Shown here piece by piece: positions 25,687 through 35,521 of a stretch of DNA of 54,618 nucleotides (position 1 is the stretch's first letter; each line of letters opens with the position of its first letter). The notes beneath the pieces are model-generated. The model worked only from the letters and a program-made list of their open reading frames with translations. It did not search any database and was not told the origin of the DNA. The translations under genes were made by a program, and so were the position numbers. Source of the DNA: Euryarchaeota archaeon UBA181. Its GTDB lineage: Archaea; Thermoplasmatota; Poseidoniia; Poseidoniales; Thalassarchaeaceae. The stretch is from NCBI GenBank assembly GCA_002496725.1, contig DALI01000068.1:1-54618 (forward strand), read 5' to 3'.

Positions 25687-27386
25687 CCTCAGTAGGAAAT
25701 CTTCAGCTTAGCTCAGATATGGCATCCTCACTTCTGCCCGAGATGATAATGCTCCTCGGACTCATTGCCATTGTGGTGATACCGAACCTCGGAGATGCAA
25801 AATTCAGAATCCCTCTGACGTCCGTTAGGGTTCCAGTTCTACTAGGTGGATCAAGATTCGACTTAACCAACGATCCAAGAATGCCAAATAGGATTTCAAA
25901 CATCACTTTCGCGATAGCCTTCATCTCTTCACTTATGTTAATTTCAGAGCCCTCAAAAGAATTAGGGGGAGTTCTGATGGCTGATGGATTCAGCAGATTA
26001 TTCTCCACTATGTTCCTTGGGGCCCTCTTGTTGGTGAGCATTGCAACTACTCACCGACTTCCTGCAAAGGTAAATGCACGTATTCCCGAGGAATCTGACT
26101 CTGAAGCTGTTTTTGACAGGAAAATTTCAGTTCTTATCAATAACAGGAGGCAAGTTGACTTCTACATACTCCTGATTATGGTTGGTCTCGGGATGAGTAT
26201 GATGGCCATGGCAACAAACTTGTTTATGCTAATTGTTTGTATCGAATTAGCCTCCCTCTCCACATATGTCCTCGTCGCTTTTCACAAGGAGGCTAGCTCA
26301 GGAGGGGAAGCAGGTGCCAAATACTTCATCGTAGGATCAGTCGCTTCAGCTATCGGAATTTATGGAATGTCCCTTCTTTACCTATGGGCCGGTAGCCTAG
26401 ATCTGGATATCTTGAGAGAAAAATGGCAATTGATGGATGGTGTGGATCCATTTGCCGCATTCGGAATTGGAATGATGCTTGTCGCGTTTGGATTCAAAGT
26501 AAGTGCTGCACCTTTCCATCTAGCTGCTCCTGATGCTTACTCAGGAGCGGCATCACAGGTCTCAGGACTACTCGCTACAGCATCTAAAGCAATGGGATTC
26601 CTGGCCTTGTTCAGGGTACTTGTGATGATCACAGTTCCCGATGGCTCCGAGGCTCTTTGGATGGTAACACTTGGAATATTTGCCATTCTGACAATGACTT
26701 GGGGAAACCTCGCGGCTTTGACAAGTGAGAATCCCAAGAGAATGTTAGCGTACTCAAGTGTCGCTCACGCTGGTTACATGCTTGCCGGCATAGCAGTAGT
26801 GGGAAGCGGAATCACTGGGACCAATGAAAGCTCGATAATCCTAACAGCTGTAACTTTCCACCTCGTGGTACTAGTCCTTTTCAAACTCGGGGCATTCCTA
26901 GTGCTTACCCTTCTTGAAACCGAGGGATCGGGGCACAAAATGGAGCATCTTCATGGTTTAGGACGTAGAGATCCACTAATTGCAGGTTCAATGTTCCTCT
27001 TCGTCCTGTCCTTGGCTGGAGTACCGCCTCTTTCCGGATTCCTCTCCAAACTTTTGATGATAAATGGAATCGTCTCTTCATCCGCTGGAACTGGTATTTC
27101 TAGCAGTGAGGATATTCTTTCATGGGCTGAATCAGTTGATCCAATGTTCTGGCTTGCCGGGGCCATAGTTCTGAACAGTGCCCTTTCTCTATTCTATTAC
27201 CTGAGAGTGGGACTTGTCATGTTCTTCGAAGAACCTGTGGTAGATAGGCCCCTCAAGACTGCCCCCTCCTTGAGGATGGCAATCTTCGTGTGTGCAATTC
27301 TAACGGTCCTATGCGGAATAGGGCCGGTAAGTGAGTGGATACTGGATCTAGTCAATGGTGCAATCGACTCACTAATGTACGAGTAA
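25683..27386 (+). CDS. nuoN: Complex I subunit N
   Basis: IELASLSTYVLVAF, KYFIVGSVASA, KVSAAPFHLAAPDAYSGA. TTG start overlapping the nuoM stop (alternative ATG at 25719). Confidence 0.9.
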   Translation: MTSVGNLQLSSDMASSLLPEMIMLLGLIAIVVIPNLGDAKFRIPLTSVRVPVLLGGSRFDLTNDPRMPNRISNITFAIAFISSLMLISEPSKELGGVLMADGFSRLFSTMFLGALLLVSIATTHRLPAKVNARIPEESDSEAVFDRKISVLINNRRQVDFYILLIMVGLGMSMMAMATNLFMLIVCIELASLSTYVLVAFHKEASSGGEAGAKYFIVGSVASAIGIYGMSLLYLWAGSLDLDILREKWQLMDGVDPFAAFGIGMMLVAFGFKVSAAPFHLAAPDAYSGAASQVSGLLATASKAMGFLALFRVLVMITVPDGSEALWMVTLGIFAILTMTWGNLAALTSENPKRMLAYSSVAHAGYMLAGIAVVGSGITGTNESSIILTAVTFHLVVLVLFKLGAFLVLTLLETEGSGHKMEHLHGLGRRDPLIAGSMFLFVLSLAGVPPLSGFLSKLLMINGIVSSSAGTGISSSEDILSWAESVDPMFWLAGAIVLNSALSLFYYLRVGLVMFFEEPVVDRPLKTAPSLRMAIFVCAILTVLCGIGPVSEWILDLVNGAIDSLMYE

Positions 27387-27426
27387 TAATGCTCAACTTC
27401 ACATAGGTGATTCTAGACGGGGCCTT

Positions 27427-27945
27427 GTGGCACGTAGAGAAGAGAAGGTCGACTTCGAGCGACTAGCTCAACTAGAGTCTGGAAGCGGTGACCGAATTAG
27501 AGTCCCCCTCCCAAACAGAAAGGTGAACGAGATGTTCGCAATTGCCGATGAGATACTTGGCGGTAGGAGAATCAGGGCAGTCTGTGAAGATGGACTCAGT
27601 AGAATTTCTAGAATACCTGGTAAAATGAGAAGGAGACAATGGGTCAGAGAGGGAGACCTAATCGTCATCCAACCTTGGGACTTCCAAGACGAGAAGGCCA
27701 ATGTCTGCATGAGATACACCAAGACACAGTCTCTCTACCTCTCAAGAAAGGGAGCTCTCCCTGAGATAGTGGATCTCTTTGGCCTGTCCACAGATAGATC
27801 AATTGAGGAAGACAAAGATATTCCAGAGTCACCAGTAGAAGAAGTAGTGCAACCAAGAGCTATCTCTTCCAAACAGACCGAGCAAGCTCCTAAGAGTCCC
27901 TCGTCCAATAATGATGAAGACGACATAGACTCATTCTTTGGGTGA
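27427..27945 (+). CDS. eif1a: Translation initiation factor aIF-1A with ~60-aa acidic C-terminal extension
   Basis: The OB-fold core is RIRVPLPNRKVNEMFAIADEILGGRRIRAVCEDGLSRISRIPGKMRRRQWVREGDLIVIQPWDFQDEKANVCMRY. GTG start. The tail ends NNDEDDIDSFFG. Confidence 0.9.
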   Translation: MARREEKVDFERLAQLESGSGDRIRVPLPNRKVNEMFAIADEILGGRRIRAVCEDGLSRISRIPGKMRRRQWVREGDLIVIQPWDFQDEKANVCMRYTKTQSLYLSRKGALPEIVDLFGLSTDRSIEEDKDIPESPVEEVVQPRAISSKQTEQAPKSPSSNNDEDDIDSFFG

Positions 27946-27949
27946 GTAA

Positions 27950-28828
27950 ATGGATTTTGATGAGCACTGGGAAGAAGACTCAGATGCCATAATGAGGTCC
28001 CAGACAAAGCATGACTGGATGTCAGAACCAAGATTCAAGAAGATATTCAATGAAATTGAAGATGGACTACAGGGAGTAATGGGCAAAGGCCCCTTTGAAT
28101 GGGTAGATAGGAGAGTTTTCGATGCTGTCTTCGATAAATCTACACTACTGGCAGTGCACAAGCTGATGCAGAAGGGAAATATTGAGACAATAGACTACCC
28201 CATTGCAAGGGGGAAGGAGGCGCACGTGTTTCATGCTACCTCACTCAAGGGGCCCGTTGCTGTCAAGATATTCCATACCACAAATGCCGTGTTTAAGGGC
28301 TTGGCCAAGTATATCGATGGAGATCCAAGATTCAGCGGCCTCTCAGGACGCCATAGGGAACTAGTCAATATATGGGTAAAGAAGGAATTCAGGAACCTTC
28401 GTAGGTTGAGGAAACATGGAATCAGAGTCCCAATTCCTATTTCTTATCACAAGAACGTCTTGGTTATGGAACTCATTGGTACAGATGCCGCGGCCCCTAG
28501 ACTCCGTGATATTGAGGTCCAAGAAAAATTTGAGACCTTCTCAGAAATGCTAGATATGGTAGCAATCGCATGGCAAAATGCCAATCTAGTCCATGCCGAT
28601 CTTAGTGAGTACAACATTCTGTGGCATGATGACGAACCATGGTTCATCGATGTCGGTCAAGGAGTTACTGATCAGCATCCTCATTCTGAGGAGTTCTTAG
28701 TCAGGGACGTCACTAGGCTAGTTCATTGGATAAATAAACAAGGATATAATGTCGATTTAGCCGAATGTATGCTCAGAGTCCTGGAAGAACCTGTGCCCAA
28801 GTTAGAACCCCTCCCGGGCGGGGATTAA
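27950..28828 (+). CDS. rio1: RIO-type serine protein kinase (Rio1-like)
   Basis: PIARGKEAHVFHA, VAVKIFHT (ATP Lys), LVHADLSEYNILW (catalytic loop) and FIDVGQGV (metal-binding loop). Confidence 0.85.
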   Translation: MDFDEHWEEDSDAIMRSQTKHDWMSEPRFKKIFNEIEDGLQGVMGKGPFEWVDRRVFDAVFDKSTLLAVHKLMQKGNIETIDYPIARGKEAHVFHATSLKGPVAVKIFHTTNAVFKGLAKYIDGDPRFSGLSGRHRELVNIWVKKEFRNLRRLRKHGIRVPIPISYHKNVLVMELIGTDAAAPRLRDIEVQEKFETFSEMLDMVAIAWQNANLVHADLSEYNILWHDDEPWFIDVGQGVTDQHPHSEEFLVRDVTRLVHWINKQGYNVDLAECMLRVLEEPVPKLEPLPGGD

Positions 28829-28841
28829 AGAGAGGGGCCCA

Positions 28842-29582
28842 GTGGAACGGCTCATGGAGCCTATAGCCCGTATCCCAAAAGATCGCATAGCGGTCATAAT
28901 CGGAAAGGGTGGTTCAACCAGGAAGATGATTGAGGAAGCCTGCGGGGGAAAACTGGATATCGACTCACAATCAGGCGAGATTTCAGTTGATTGGTCAGAT
29001 TCGGAAGTAGACCCCATAGTCAAAATGAAAACCCCTGATGTCATACTTGCAATAGGCAGGGGCCTCTCCCCTGCCAGAGCAATCCAACTTCTTGAAGATG
29101 AAATACATCTCCAGATGTATGATATCAGAGAGTGGGTAGGCAGACAACCCAATCAAATCAGAAGAATGAGGAGTAGGCTGATTGGCAGGAATGGACTTAT
29201 CAGGAGTAGAATTGAGGAGCTCTCTGGGACTGAGATAGCCATATATGGGTCCTCAGTAATCATAATTGGAGATGGAATGGGACTAGAAATAGCCAATCCA
29301 GCTATTGAGTCAATCCTCAGAGGCGCAGAGCATGGCAGTGTTCTCAACGGCCTTGAGAAGGATAGAAAAAGACAGCGTATACGTTCTCGGAGCCTAGAGA
29401 GCTTTGAAGAGAGGAGTCAAAACTCTTCGCCATTCGACACCCTAGTTCCAGGCCTCTCGGCCGCACGTAAAAGAAGAGAGAGGAGGCTAAAGGACTCTCA
29501 GGTTGATCCTGATGATGAAGGCTCCATAGAGGAGATGCTGGAACTAGCCGAAGATGAGAAAATCACGTATGAGGAAGAGTGA
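28842..29582 (+). CDS. Two-KH-domain RNA-binding protein (Pno1/Dim2-like) with charged C-terminal tail
   Basis: GxxG KH loops IIGKGGSTRKMIEE and LIGRNGLIRSRIEE. The position after aIF-1A and Rio1 matches a conserved archaeal neighbourhood as I recall it. GTG at 28842 or ATG at 28854. Confidence 0.7.
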   Translation: MERLMEPIARIPKDRIAVIIGKGGSTRKMIEEACGGKLDIDSQSGEISVDWSDSEVDPIVKMKTPDVILAIGRGLSPARAIQLLEDEIHLQMYDIREWVGRQPNQIRRMRSRLIGRNGLIRSRIEELSGTEIAIYGSSVIIIGDGMGLEIANPAIESILRGAEHGSVLNGLEKDRKRQRIRSRSLESFEERSQNSSPFDTLVPGLSAARKRRERRLKDSQVDPDDEGSIEEMLELAEDEKITYEEE

Positions 29583-29594
29583 ATTCTTCCGCCA

Positions 29595-30905
29595 TTGCTA
29601 AGTCATGAACCCCTTCGTAGGTATGTGAACGACACCAATCAAAGACTATACGACTATGAGAAATGGTCGATATACGCACTCACTGCCATCATGGCCCTGC
29701 TCTTTTCAGCACTATTCCTGAATATTCTGGATATTTCGAATCCACTTACCGACTTTGTGTCAAAGTACTACGTTAGTCCAATCATAAACGAATCTGGAGG
29801 GGATGCAGGATATAACTTCACCAATACGGTAACCTATGCTGTAGTTCTAGCATTATTCGTCGCCGCACTTAGTGCTTGGCTAAGGGCCCTTGAGATCGAT
29901 GCAAGTGATGTATCTATCCTAGCTCTGCTACCCTATGTTTTCTGGGCCGCTATGGGGGAGGTTGTCGAGGATGCTAATATGTTCGACTCGTCCCTGGCTC
30001 CTCTTTTCGTTAGTCCTAGTATACACTTCCAAACTGCTCTTTGGGTGATTTTAGCTGGATCGATAGGATATCATGTGAGAAATTATGATTCCAAGATAAG
30101 CGAACTCGAGAAGAACAGGATCTTAGAATTTCTTTGTATGATGGCTATATTTTCACAATTCCTAATTTTCGGGCATTCGATTTCTGTCAGCGATATTGGA
30201 AGCGACATAGATCTGAGGCCATTTGCTATAATCGGACTCTCGGCCATACTTCTACCAATCTTCTTCAGGGAATCTACATCTGAGTTTTCATACATCCAAA
30301 AGTCAGTTTACCTCGTCGGTTCAGGCGGGGTGATAGTATTCTTTGGAGCCTTGGTATCTTTCGCATCCTCTCTCCCATCCGAGGACTTAACATTCTGGCC
30401 ATTAATTATCGTTATCGGGGTCCCTCTGATGATTTGCTATATTATGTTCAATTTAGGCATAGAATCATCAAACAAACTGTCTGAAAGAGGGTTTGTTGCT
30501 GGAATCCTGCCTCAAGGTATGTCAGAAACAGATTATGAAAATTTAGTCTCGGCTGACAAGGACTTCATGGAGAGTAATAGAAAGAAGGCAGTCCTAGCAT
30601 ATCCAGTTGTTTTTCTAGCAGTATCGGGCCAAGTCATGGATGGGCTAGCCACATGGATAGGAATAGACTTCTTCGGATATGACGAAAAACACATTCTGTC
30701 AGCAAGAATAATCGAGGAGTTTGGAAATACATTCGGATTCACTATGGTGAAAGCGGGATTAGGTATGATAATCTGGTGGTTTTTCTCCGTAGCCAATTTC
30801 GAGCATAGACAACAACACCTCAGATTGCTGGTTGGTTTGATGATCTTAGTAGTCGGTATGGCGCCTGGTTTGAGGGGCGTTGGCAGACTCGTTATAGGCC
30901 AGTGA
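29595..30905 (+). CDS. Polytopic membrane protein, probably DUF63 family, enlarged
   Basis: About 10 hydrophobic segments. [14 protein letters not shown] and [22 protein letters not shown] resemble the two conserved DUF63 motifs from memory. TTG start; uncertain. Confidence 0.45.
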   Translation: MLSHEPLRRYVNDTNQRLYDYEKWSIYALTAIMALLFSALFLNILDISNPLTDFVSKYYVSPIINESGGDAGYNFTNTVTYAVVLALFVAALSAWLRALEIDASDVSILALLPYVFWAAMGEVVEDANMFDSSLAPLFVSPSIHFQTALWVILAGSIGYHVRNYDSKISELEKNRILEFLCMMAIFSQFLIFGHSISVSDIGSDIDLRPFAIIGLSAILLPIFFRESTSEFSYIQKSVYLVGSGGVIVFFGALVSFASSLPSEDLTFWPLIIVIGVPLMICYIMFNLGIESSNKLSERGFVAGILPQGMSETDYENLVSADKDFMESNRKKAVLAYPVVFLAVSGQVMDGLATWIGIDFFGYDEKHILSARIIEEFGNTFGFTMVKAGLGMIIWWFFSVANFEHRQQHLRLLVGLMILVVGMAPGLRGVGRLVIGQ

Positions 30906-30964
30906 AAACCACGATTACAAGAAAGCGGCTCCATTCAATTGAAGGCTCGCACATCATCTCGCAC

Positions 30965-32533
30965 ATGATAGTCATGGATAGGCTGCCAACAAGTGTAGTT
31001 CAATCGAGCGACGATTTCTCTTCAAGGAAGCAACACAATATTGCCCTCATCACAGAATTAAGGGAGAGGATGGAAACCGCCCAAGGAGGAGGCGGTGGGA
31101 AATATGTCGAGAGACACCAAGGAAGAGGCAAGGGCATGCCAAGAGATAGAATATCAGAGATCTGCGATCCAGGATCTCCATTCTTGGAGCTTTCCACATT
31201 AGCCGCTTACGAGATGTATGATGGTAAAGCCCATTCAGCTGGAATCATAACTGGAATCGGCGTAGTTCACGGAAAAGAATGTGTTTTTGTCGCTAATGAC
31301 GCTACAGTCAAGGGCGGCTCGTATTATCCAATGACCGTTAAGAAACATGTTAGGGCCCAAGAGATTGCCGAATGCAACAGTCTACCTTGCATATATCTCG
31401 TTGATTCAGGAGGCGCATTCCTCCCCCTACAAGATCAGGTTTTCCCTGACAAAGGACATTTTGGAAGAATATTCAGGAATCAAGCGATTCTATCGAGCAA
31501 AGGAATTCCTCAGGTCGCCGCTGTGCTCGGGTCCTGTACTGCAGGAGGTGCCTATATCCCTGCAATGAGTGACGAGTCAATAATCGTCAAAGGAAACGGA
31601 ACAATCTTCCTCGCGGGACCTCCTTTGGTGAAGGCCGCTACAGGCGAGGAAGTCAGCTCTGAGGATCTAGGGGGAGCCGATTTGCATACCAGGGAATCTG
31701 GAGTCGCTGATCATTATGCAGAGGACGAAAATGAGGCTCTACAGACCGTTAGAGACATTGTAGAGAACCTCAACGTCAATCAGAAAATAAGGCTCGACAC
31801 CAAAGAGTCAGAGGAACCACATCATGACCCGGAGGAACTTATGGGAATCATTCCGATTGACAACAGAACTCCATATGATGTGAGAGAGGTAATCTCAAGA
31901 ATTGTAGATGGAAGCAGGTTCCACGAGTTCAAGAAGAGATATGGAACTACTTTGGTTTGTGGATTCGCTAGGATTCATGGATATCCAGTTGGCATTGTCG
32001 CCAATAATGGAATACTTTTCTCTGAGTCCTCTTTGAAAGGAGCTCACTTTGTCGAACTTTGCGGCCAGAGAGGAATACCCCTGATTTTCCTTCAGAATAT
32101 CATGGGTTTCATGGTTGGAAGAGACGCAGAAGCTGGTGGAATCGCCAAAGACGGAGCTAAGCTTGTCACCGCTGTATCATGTGTACCTGTGCCCAAGTTC
32201 ACTGTGATTATCGGTGGATCTCATGGTGCAGGAAACTATGGCATGTGTGGAAGGGCCTATGATCCTCGTTTCCTATTCATGTGGCCCAATGCAAGAATTT
32301 CTGTGATGGGTGGAGAGCAGGCAGCCAGCGTACTTTCGACCGTGGGTAATGCCGATCCAGAAGCTATTAGGGAGAAGTACGAAAGAGAGAGTAACCCATA
32401 CTACTCTACTGCAAGACTGTGGGACGATGGAGTCATAGATCCTAGGGATACCAGAAATATTCTGGGGCTCTGTATTTCCTCCTCCCTGAACTCCGAACTT
32501 CCAGAGAACAGCTATGGAGTATTCAGGATGTGA
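30965..32533 (+). CDS. Acyl-CoA carboxylase carboxyltransferase (beta) subunit, methylcrotonyl-CoA carboxylase-like
   Basis: [49 protein letters not shown] and [24 protein letters not shown]. The ORF-track GTG at 30902 overlaps the upstream gene; the first ATG at 30965 fits the family N-terminus. Confidence 0.85.
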   Translation: MIVMDRLPTSVVQSSDDFSSRKQHNIALITELRERMETAQGGGGGKYVERHQGRGKGMPRDRISEICDPGSPFLELSTLAAYEMYDGKAHSAGIITGIGVVHGKECVFVANDATVKGGSYYPMTVKKHVRAQEIAECNSLPCIYLVDSGGAFLPLQDQVFPDKGHFGRIFRNQAILSSKGIPQVAAVLGSCTAGGAYIPAMSDESIIVKGNGTIFLAGPPLVKAATGEEVSSEDLGGADLHTRESGVADHYAEDENEALQTVRDIVENLNVNQKIRLDTKESEEPHHDPEELMGIIPIDNRTPYDVREVISRIVDGSRFHEFKKRYGTTLVCGFARIHGYPVGIVANNGILFSESSLKGAHFVELCGQRGIPLIFLQNIMGFMVGRDAEAGGIAKDGAKLVTAVSCVPVPKFTVIIGGSHGAGNYGMCGRAYDPRFLFMWPNARISVMGGEQAASVLSTVGNADPEAIREKYERESNPYYSTARLWDDGVIDPRDTRNILGLCISSSLNSELPENSYGVFRM

Positions 32534-32537
32534 AAAT

Positions 32538-33401
32538 ATGCAAATTTCAATGAATGATCAAGCCCCTATCTCGGAACTCTGTCACCTGAAAATCCAAGAT
32601 AGTATAGCCCGAATCACACTTTCACGCAGTGATGTGTTCAACGCTCTCAACGTACAGCTTATCAGTGAACTTGTAGATATTCTCAAATGGACTTCTGAAA
32701 GATCAGTTGGAATGAACAACACACTCAATGATAAGAATGGGTCGCCCTTTCTCAGATTGTTAGTCATCGAATCAGAAGGAAAGCACTTCTGTGCCGGAGC
32801 AGATGTCAATATGATGAGAGATGCTGGAGCGGCGAGCCCAGAAGAAAATAGACGCGACTCCTTGAGGCTAGATGCTCTATTCCACTCACTATGGTCACAT
32901 CCTTGCTTCACCATAGGTTGTGTGCAAGGGGTTGCTCTGGGAGGGGGGGCTGGAATCTTATCGTGTATCGATCACGTGATTGCAGAACCAAGGACCAGAA
33001 TAGCTCTCTCGGAAGGTAAGCTTGGGATTCTTCCTGCTGTAATCGGGCCCTATGTATATCGTAAGATCGGAAGCGCTCAGTTCAGAAGACTCTCAATGCT
33101 CGCTAGTAGAGTAGATGCCGAAGAGGCGCTGAGGATAGGATGGATTAATGACATCGTCGATAAAGAGGAAGATTTCGGAGAAGCCATCTCTAAAGTGATC
33201 CAGAGCGTTCTTACAACCGGTCCAATGGCCGTTTACGAATCAAAGAAACTGACTCTAGAATTCGATAGATGGACGGGCACAGATGAGGAACTCAGAATCT
33301 GGACAATGGAAAAGACCAGTGAGATGAGGGGCTCTGATGAGGGTCAAGAGGGATTGTCGGCATTCCTAGACAGAAGGGCTCCTGAGTGGTCCCCCGAATA
33401 A
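32538..33401 (+). CDS. Enoyl-CoA hydratase/crotonase family (methylglutaconyl-CoA hydratase-like by context)
   Basis: SEGKHFCAGADVNMM and GVALGGGAGILSCIDHVIA crotonase motifs. The ATG at 32538 lies 4 nt after the upstream stop, whereas the track start at 32514 overlaps it. Confidence 0.8.
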   Translation: MQISMNDQAPISELCHLKIQDSIARITLSRSDVFNALNVQLISELVDILKWTSERSVGMNNTLNDKNGSPFLRLLVIESEGKHFCAGADVNMMRDAGAASPEENRRDSLRLDALFHSLWSHPCFTIGCVQGVALGGGAGILSCIDHVIAEPRTRIALSEGKLGILPAVIGPYVYRKIGSAQFRRLSMLASRVDAEEALRIGWINDIVDKEEDFGEAISKVIQSVLTTGPMAVYESKKLTLEFDRWTGTDEELRIWTMEKTSEMRGSDEGQEGLSAFLDRRAPEWSPE

Positions 33402-33419
33402 ATTTAGAGAGGCATTACA

Positions 33420-34973
33420 ATGATACCTGAATGGATGAAAGGTGCATCCACCCCCTTCTCTTCTGTATTAGTTGCAAATAGGGGAGAGATAGCTGTCAGG
33501 ATAATCAAGGCTGTCCAAGAAGCAGGACTTCGAGCAATCGCAGTATATTCTAATCCTGACAAGGGTGCACTTCACACTGAACTTGCCGATCATACTATTC
33601 ATCTCCCTGGAGATAGTCTTTCTGAGAACTACCTTAACTCAGATGCCATTATTCAGGCTGCGAAACTCTCCGGTGCTCAGGCAATCCATCCAGGATATGG
33701 ATTTCTTTCTGAGAGGGCAGATTTTGCTCGTGCTGTAGAGAGAGCGGGGATAATCTGGATAGGCCCTTCCCCAGAAGCCATAGAAACAATGGGGGACAAG
33801 ATTTCCGCACGTTCGCGAATGATTGAATCCGGAGTTCCTGTAATACCTGGGGACGAGATAGCAATTCCTGATGATAGCGATCATCTCGGAATATTGGCTT
33901 CAGTAGCCGCTAGAGTGGGGTACCCTCTCCTCTTGAAAGCCAGTGCTGGCGGAGGGGGGAAAGGAATGAGGATTGTCAGAGAGCCAAAGATGCTCAGAAC
34001 AGAGTATGAGGCCGCGGCCCGCGAAGCTTCAGCTGCATTCGGAGACGGAACGGTCTATGTCGAGAGGCTACTCACAGGTGCAAGGCATATCGAGATACAG
34101 ATATTGGCTGATAAGCTGGGTAATTGCATCCATCTAAACGAAAGGGATTGCTCTCTTCAGAGAAGGCATCAGAAGGTCATTGAGGAGGCTCCCTCTTCTG
34201 TGGTCTCAGAAGATCTCAGAAGATCAATGGGCGAATCAGCGGTATTGGCGGCCAAGTCCGTGAACTATGTAGGAGCCGGTACCGTAGAACTACTTCTTTC
34301 CGCCAACGGGGAGTTTTATTTCCTAGAGATGAATACAAGATTGCAGGTAGAACATCCGATTACGGAGATGATTACTGGAATAGACCTAGTCCAGAAACAA
34401 TTAGAGATAGCATCAGGCCTCCCTATAGGAATTCGACAAGAATCAATCGGAATCTCTGGTCATTCAATCGAAGCTAGAATTTATGCTGAAGATGCAAAAA
34501 GAGGTTTTCTTCCCTCTATTGGAAAGCTAGCTGTGTGGAGACCTCCTTCTGGACCGGGCATAAGATTTGACTCTGGTGTAAAGGAGGGTGATGAGGTAAC
34601 GGTGAACTTTGATCCAATGCTGGCTAAGTTGATAGTTCACGCACCTAGTAGAATGGCCGCTATTAGAAGGATGGACCTAGCACTCTCTTCCTTCATCGCC
34701 CTAGGGGTAACGACGAATATTGGATTTCTAAGAAACGCGCTCACTCATCCAGCATTTACTTCTGGAAGCATTACAACTGATTTTCTTGATAATACTCCGA
34801 TATCAGAGTTTCACAGTGAAGGATCCGAGCCATCAGTCCTAGTAGCAATTGCTGCCGCATCTAAGAGGCTAGGGGTAGACAGGTCAGGAGGGGGGTTGTC
34901 ACAGGGTTTCACAGATGATCACACAGGGCATGCAGGAGATCCCTTCCAAACACTGTCTAGGAGTTTCCCATAG
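33420..34973 (+). CDS. Biotin carboxylase subunit (BC domain plus C-terminal extension, no BCCP domain)
   Basis: VLVANRGEIAVRII, GYPLLLKASAGGGGKGMRIV and YFLEMNTRLQVEHPITE. Confidence 0.95.
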   Translation: MIPEWMKGASTPFSSVLVANRGEIAVRIIKAVQEAGLRAIAVYSNPDKGALHTELADHTIHLPGDSLSENYLNSDAIIQAAKLSGAQAIHPGYGFLSERADFARAVERAGIIWIGPSPEAIETMGDKISARSRMIESGVPVIPGDEIAIPDDSDHLGILASVAARVGYPLLLKASAGGGGKGMRIVREPKMLRTEYEAAAREASAAFGDGTVYVERLLTGARHIEIQILADKLGNCIHLNERDCSLQRRHQKVIEEAPSSVVSEDLRRSMGESAVLAAKSVNYVGAGTVELLLSANGEFYFLEMNTRLQVEHPITEMITGIDLVQKQLEIASGLPIGIRQESIGISGHSIEARIYAEDAKRGFLPSIGKLAVWRPPSGPGIRFDSGVKEGDEVTVNFDPMLAKLIVHAPSRMAAIRRMDLALSSFIALGVTTNIGFLRNALTHPAFTSGSITTDFLDNTPISEFHSEGSEPSVLVAIAAASKRLGVDRSGGGLSQGFTDDHTGHAGDPFQTLSRSFP

Positions 34974-34981
34974 GTGATTTC

Positions 34982-35482
34982 ATGGAGTGGAAAATTTCTG
35001 ATTCAGGAGAAATATTCTCCGTTGATCTCAATGAAAGAGAAGGAGTGGTAACGATTTCTTCCATGTCTATTGATGGTCAAGAAGGAGAAGTGCCAGAAAT
35101 TAGAATTTCGAAGGCAGAAGAGAAATCAAGAATTTCAGTAGAGATCAATGGAAACCCTAAGTTTGCTCACGTTACCAAGGTCGGAGATAGGTGGTGGATG
35201 CACATCGATGGAGAAATTTACACCGTAGATGAGTTGGAGAAGGGCGGTAAATCCTCTGATAAGGCACAAGGCGGACTGTCAGCACCCATGCCAGGTACAA
35301 TTCTAGAGGTAATGGTCAGAGAGGGCCAGAGGGTCCGTGAAGGACAACCTCTCATGACCATGGAAGCGATGAAGATGGAACATAGGATACTCGCACCAAA
35401 ACCAGGAGAGGTCGTTTGTATAAATTTCAATCAAGGTGATAGGGTGGATATGGGAGCCGTTCTTGTAGAATTAGGCGATTAA
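34982..35482 (+). CDS. Biotin carboxyl carrier protein (separate lipoyl/biotinyl-domain polypeptide)
   Basis: APMPGTILEVMVREGQRVREGQPLMTMEAMKMEHRILAP contains the AMKM biotinylation motif. AGGTGA SD upstream. Confidence 0.85.
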   Translation: MEWKISDSGEIFSVDLNEREGVVTISSMSIDGQEGEVPEIRISKAEEKSRISVEINGNPKFAHVTKVGDRWWMHIDGEIYTVDELEKGGKSSDKAQGGLSAPMPGTILEVMVREGQRVREGQPLMTMEAMKMEHRILAPKPGEVVCINFNQGDRVDMGAVLVELGD

Positions 35483-35521
35483 TTAGGCCGGGTTAATATC
35501 CAACCAATAAGTCCGATTAGC

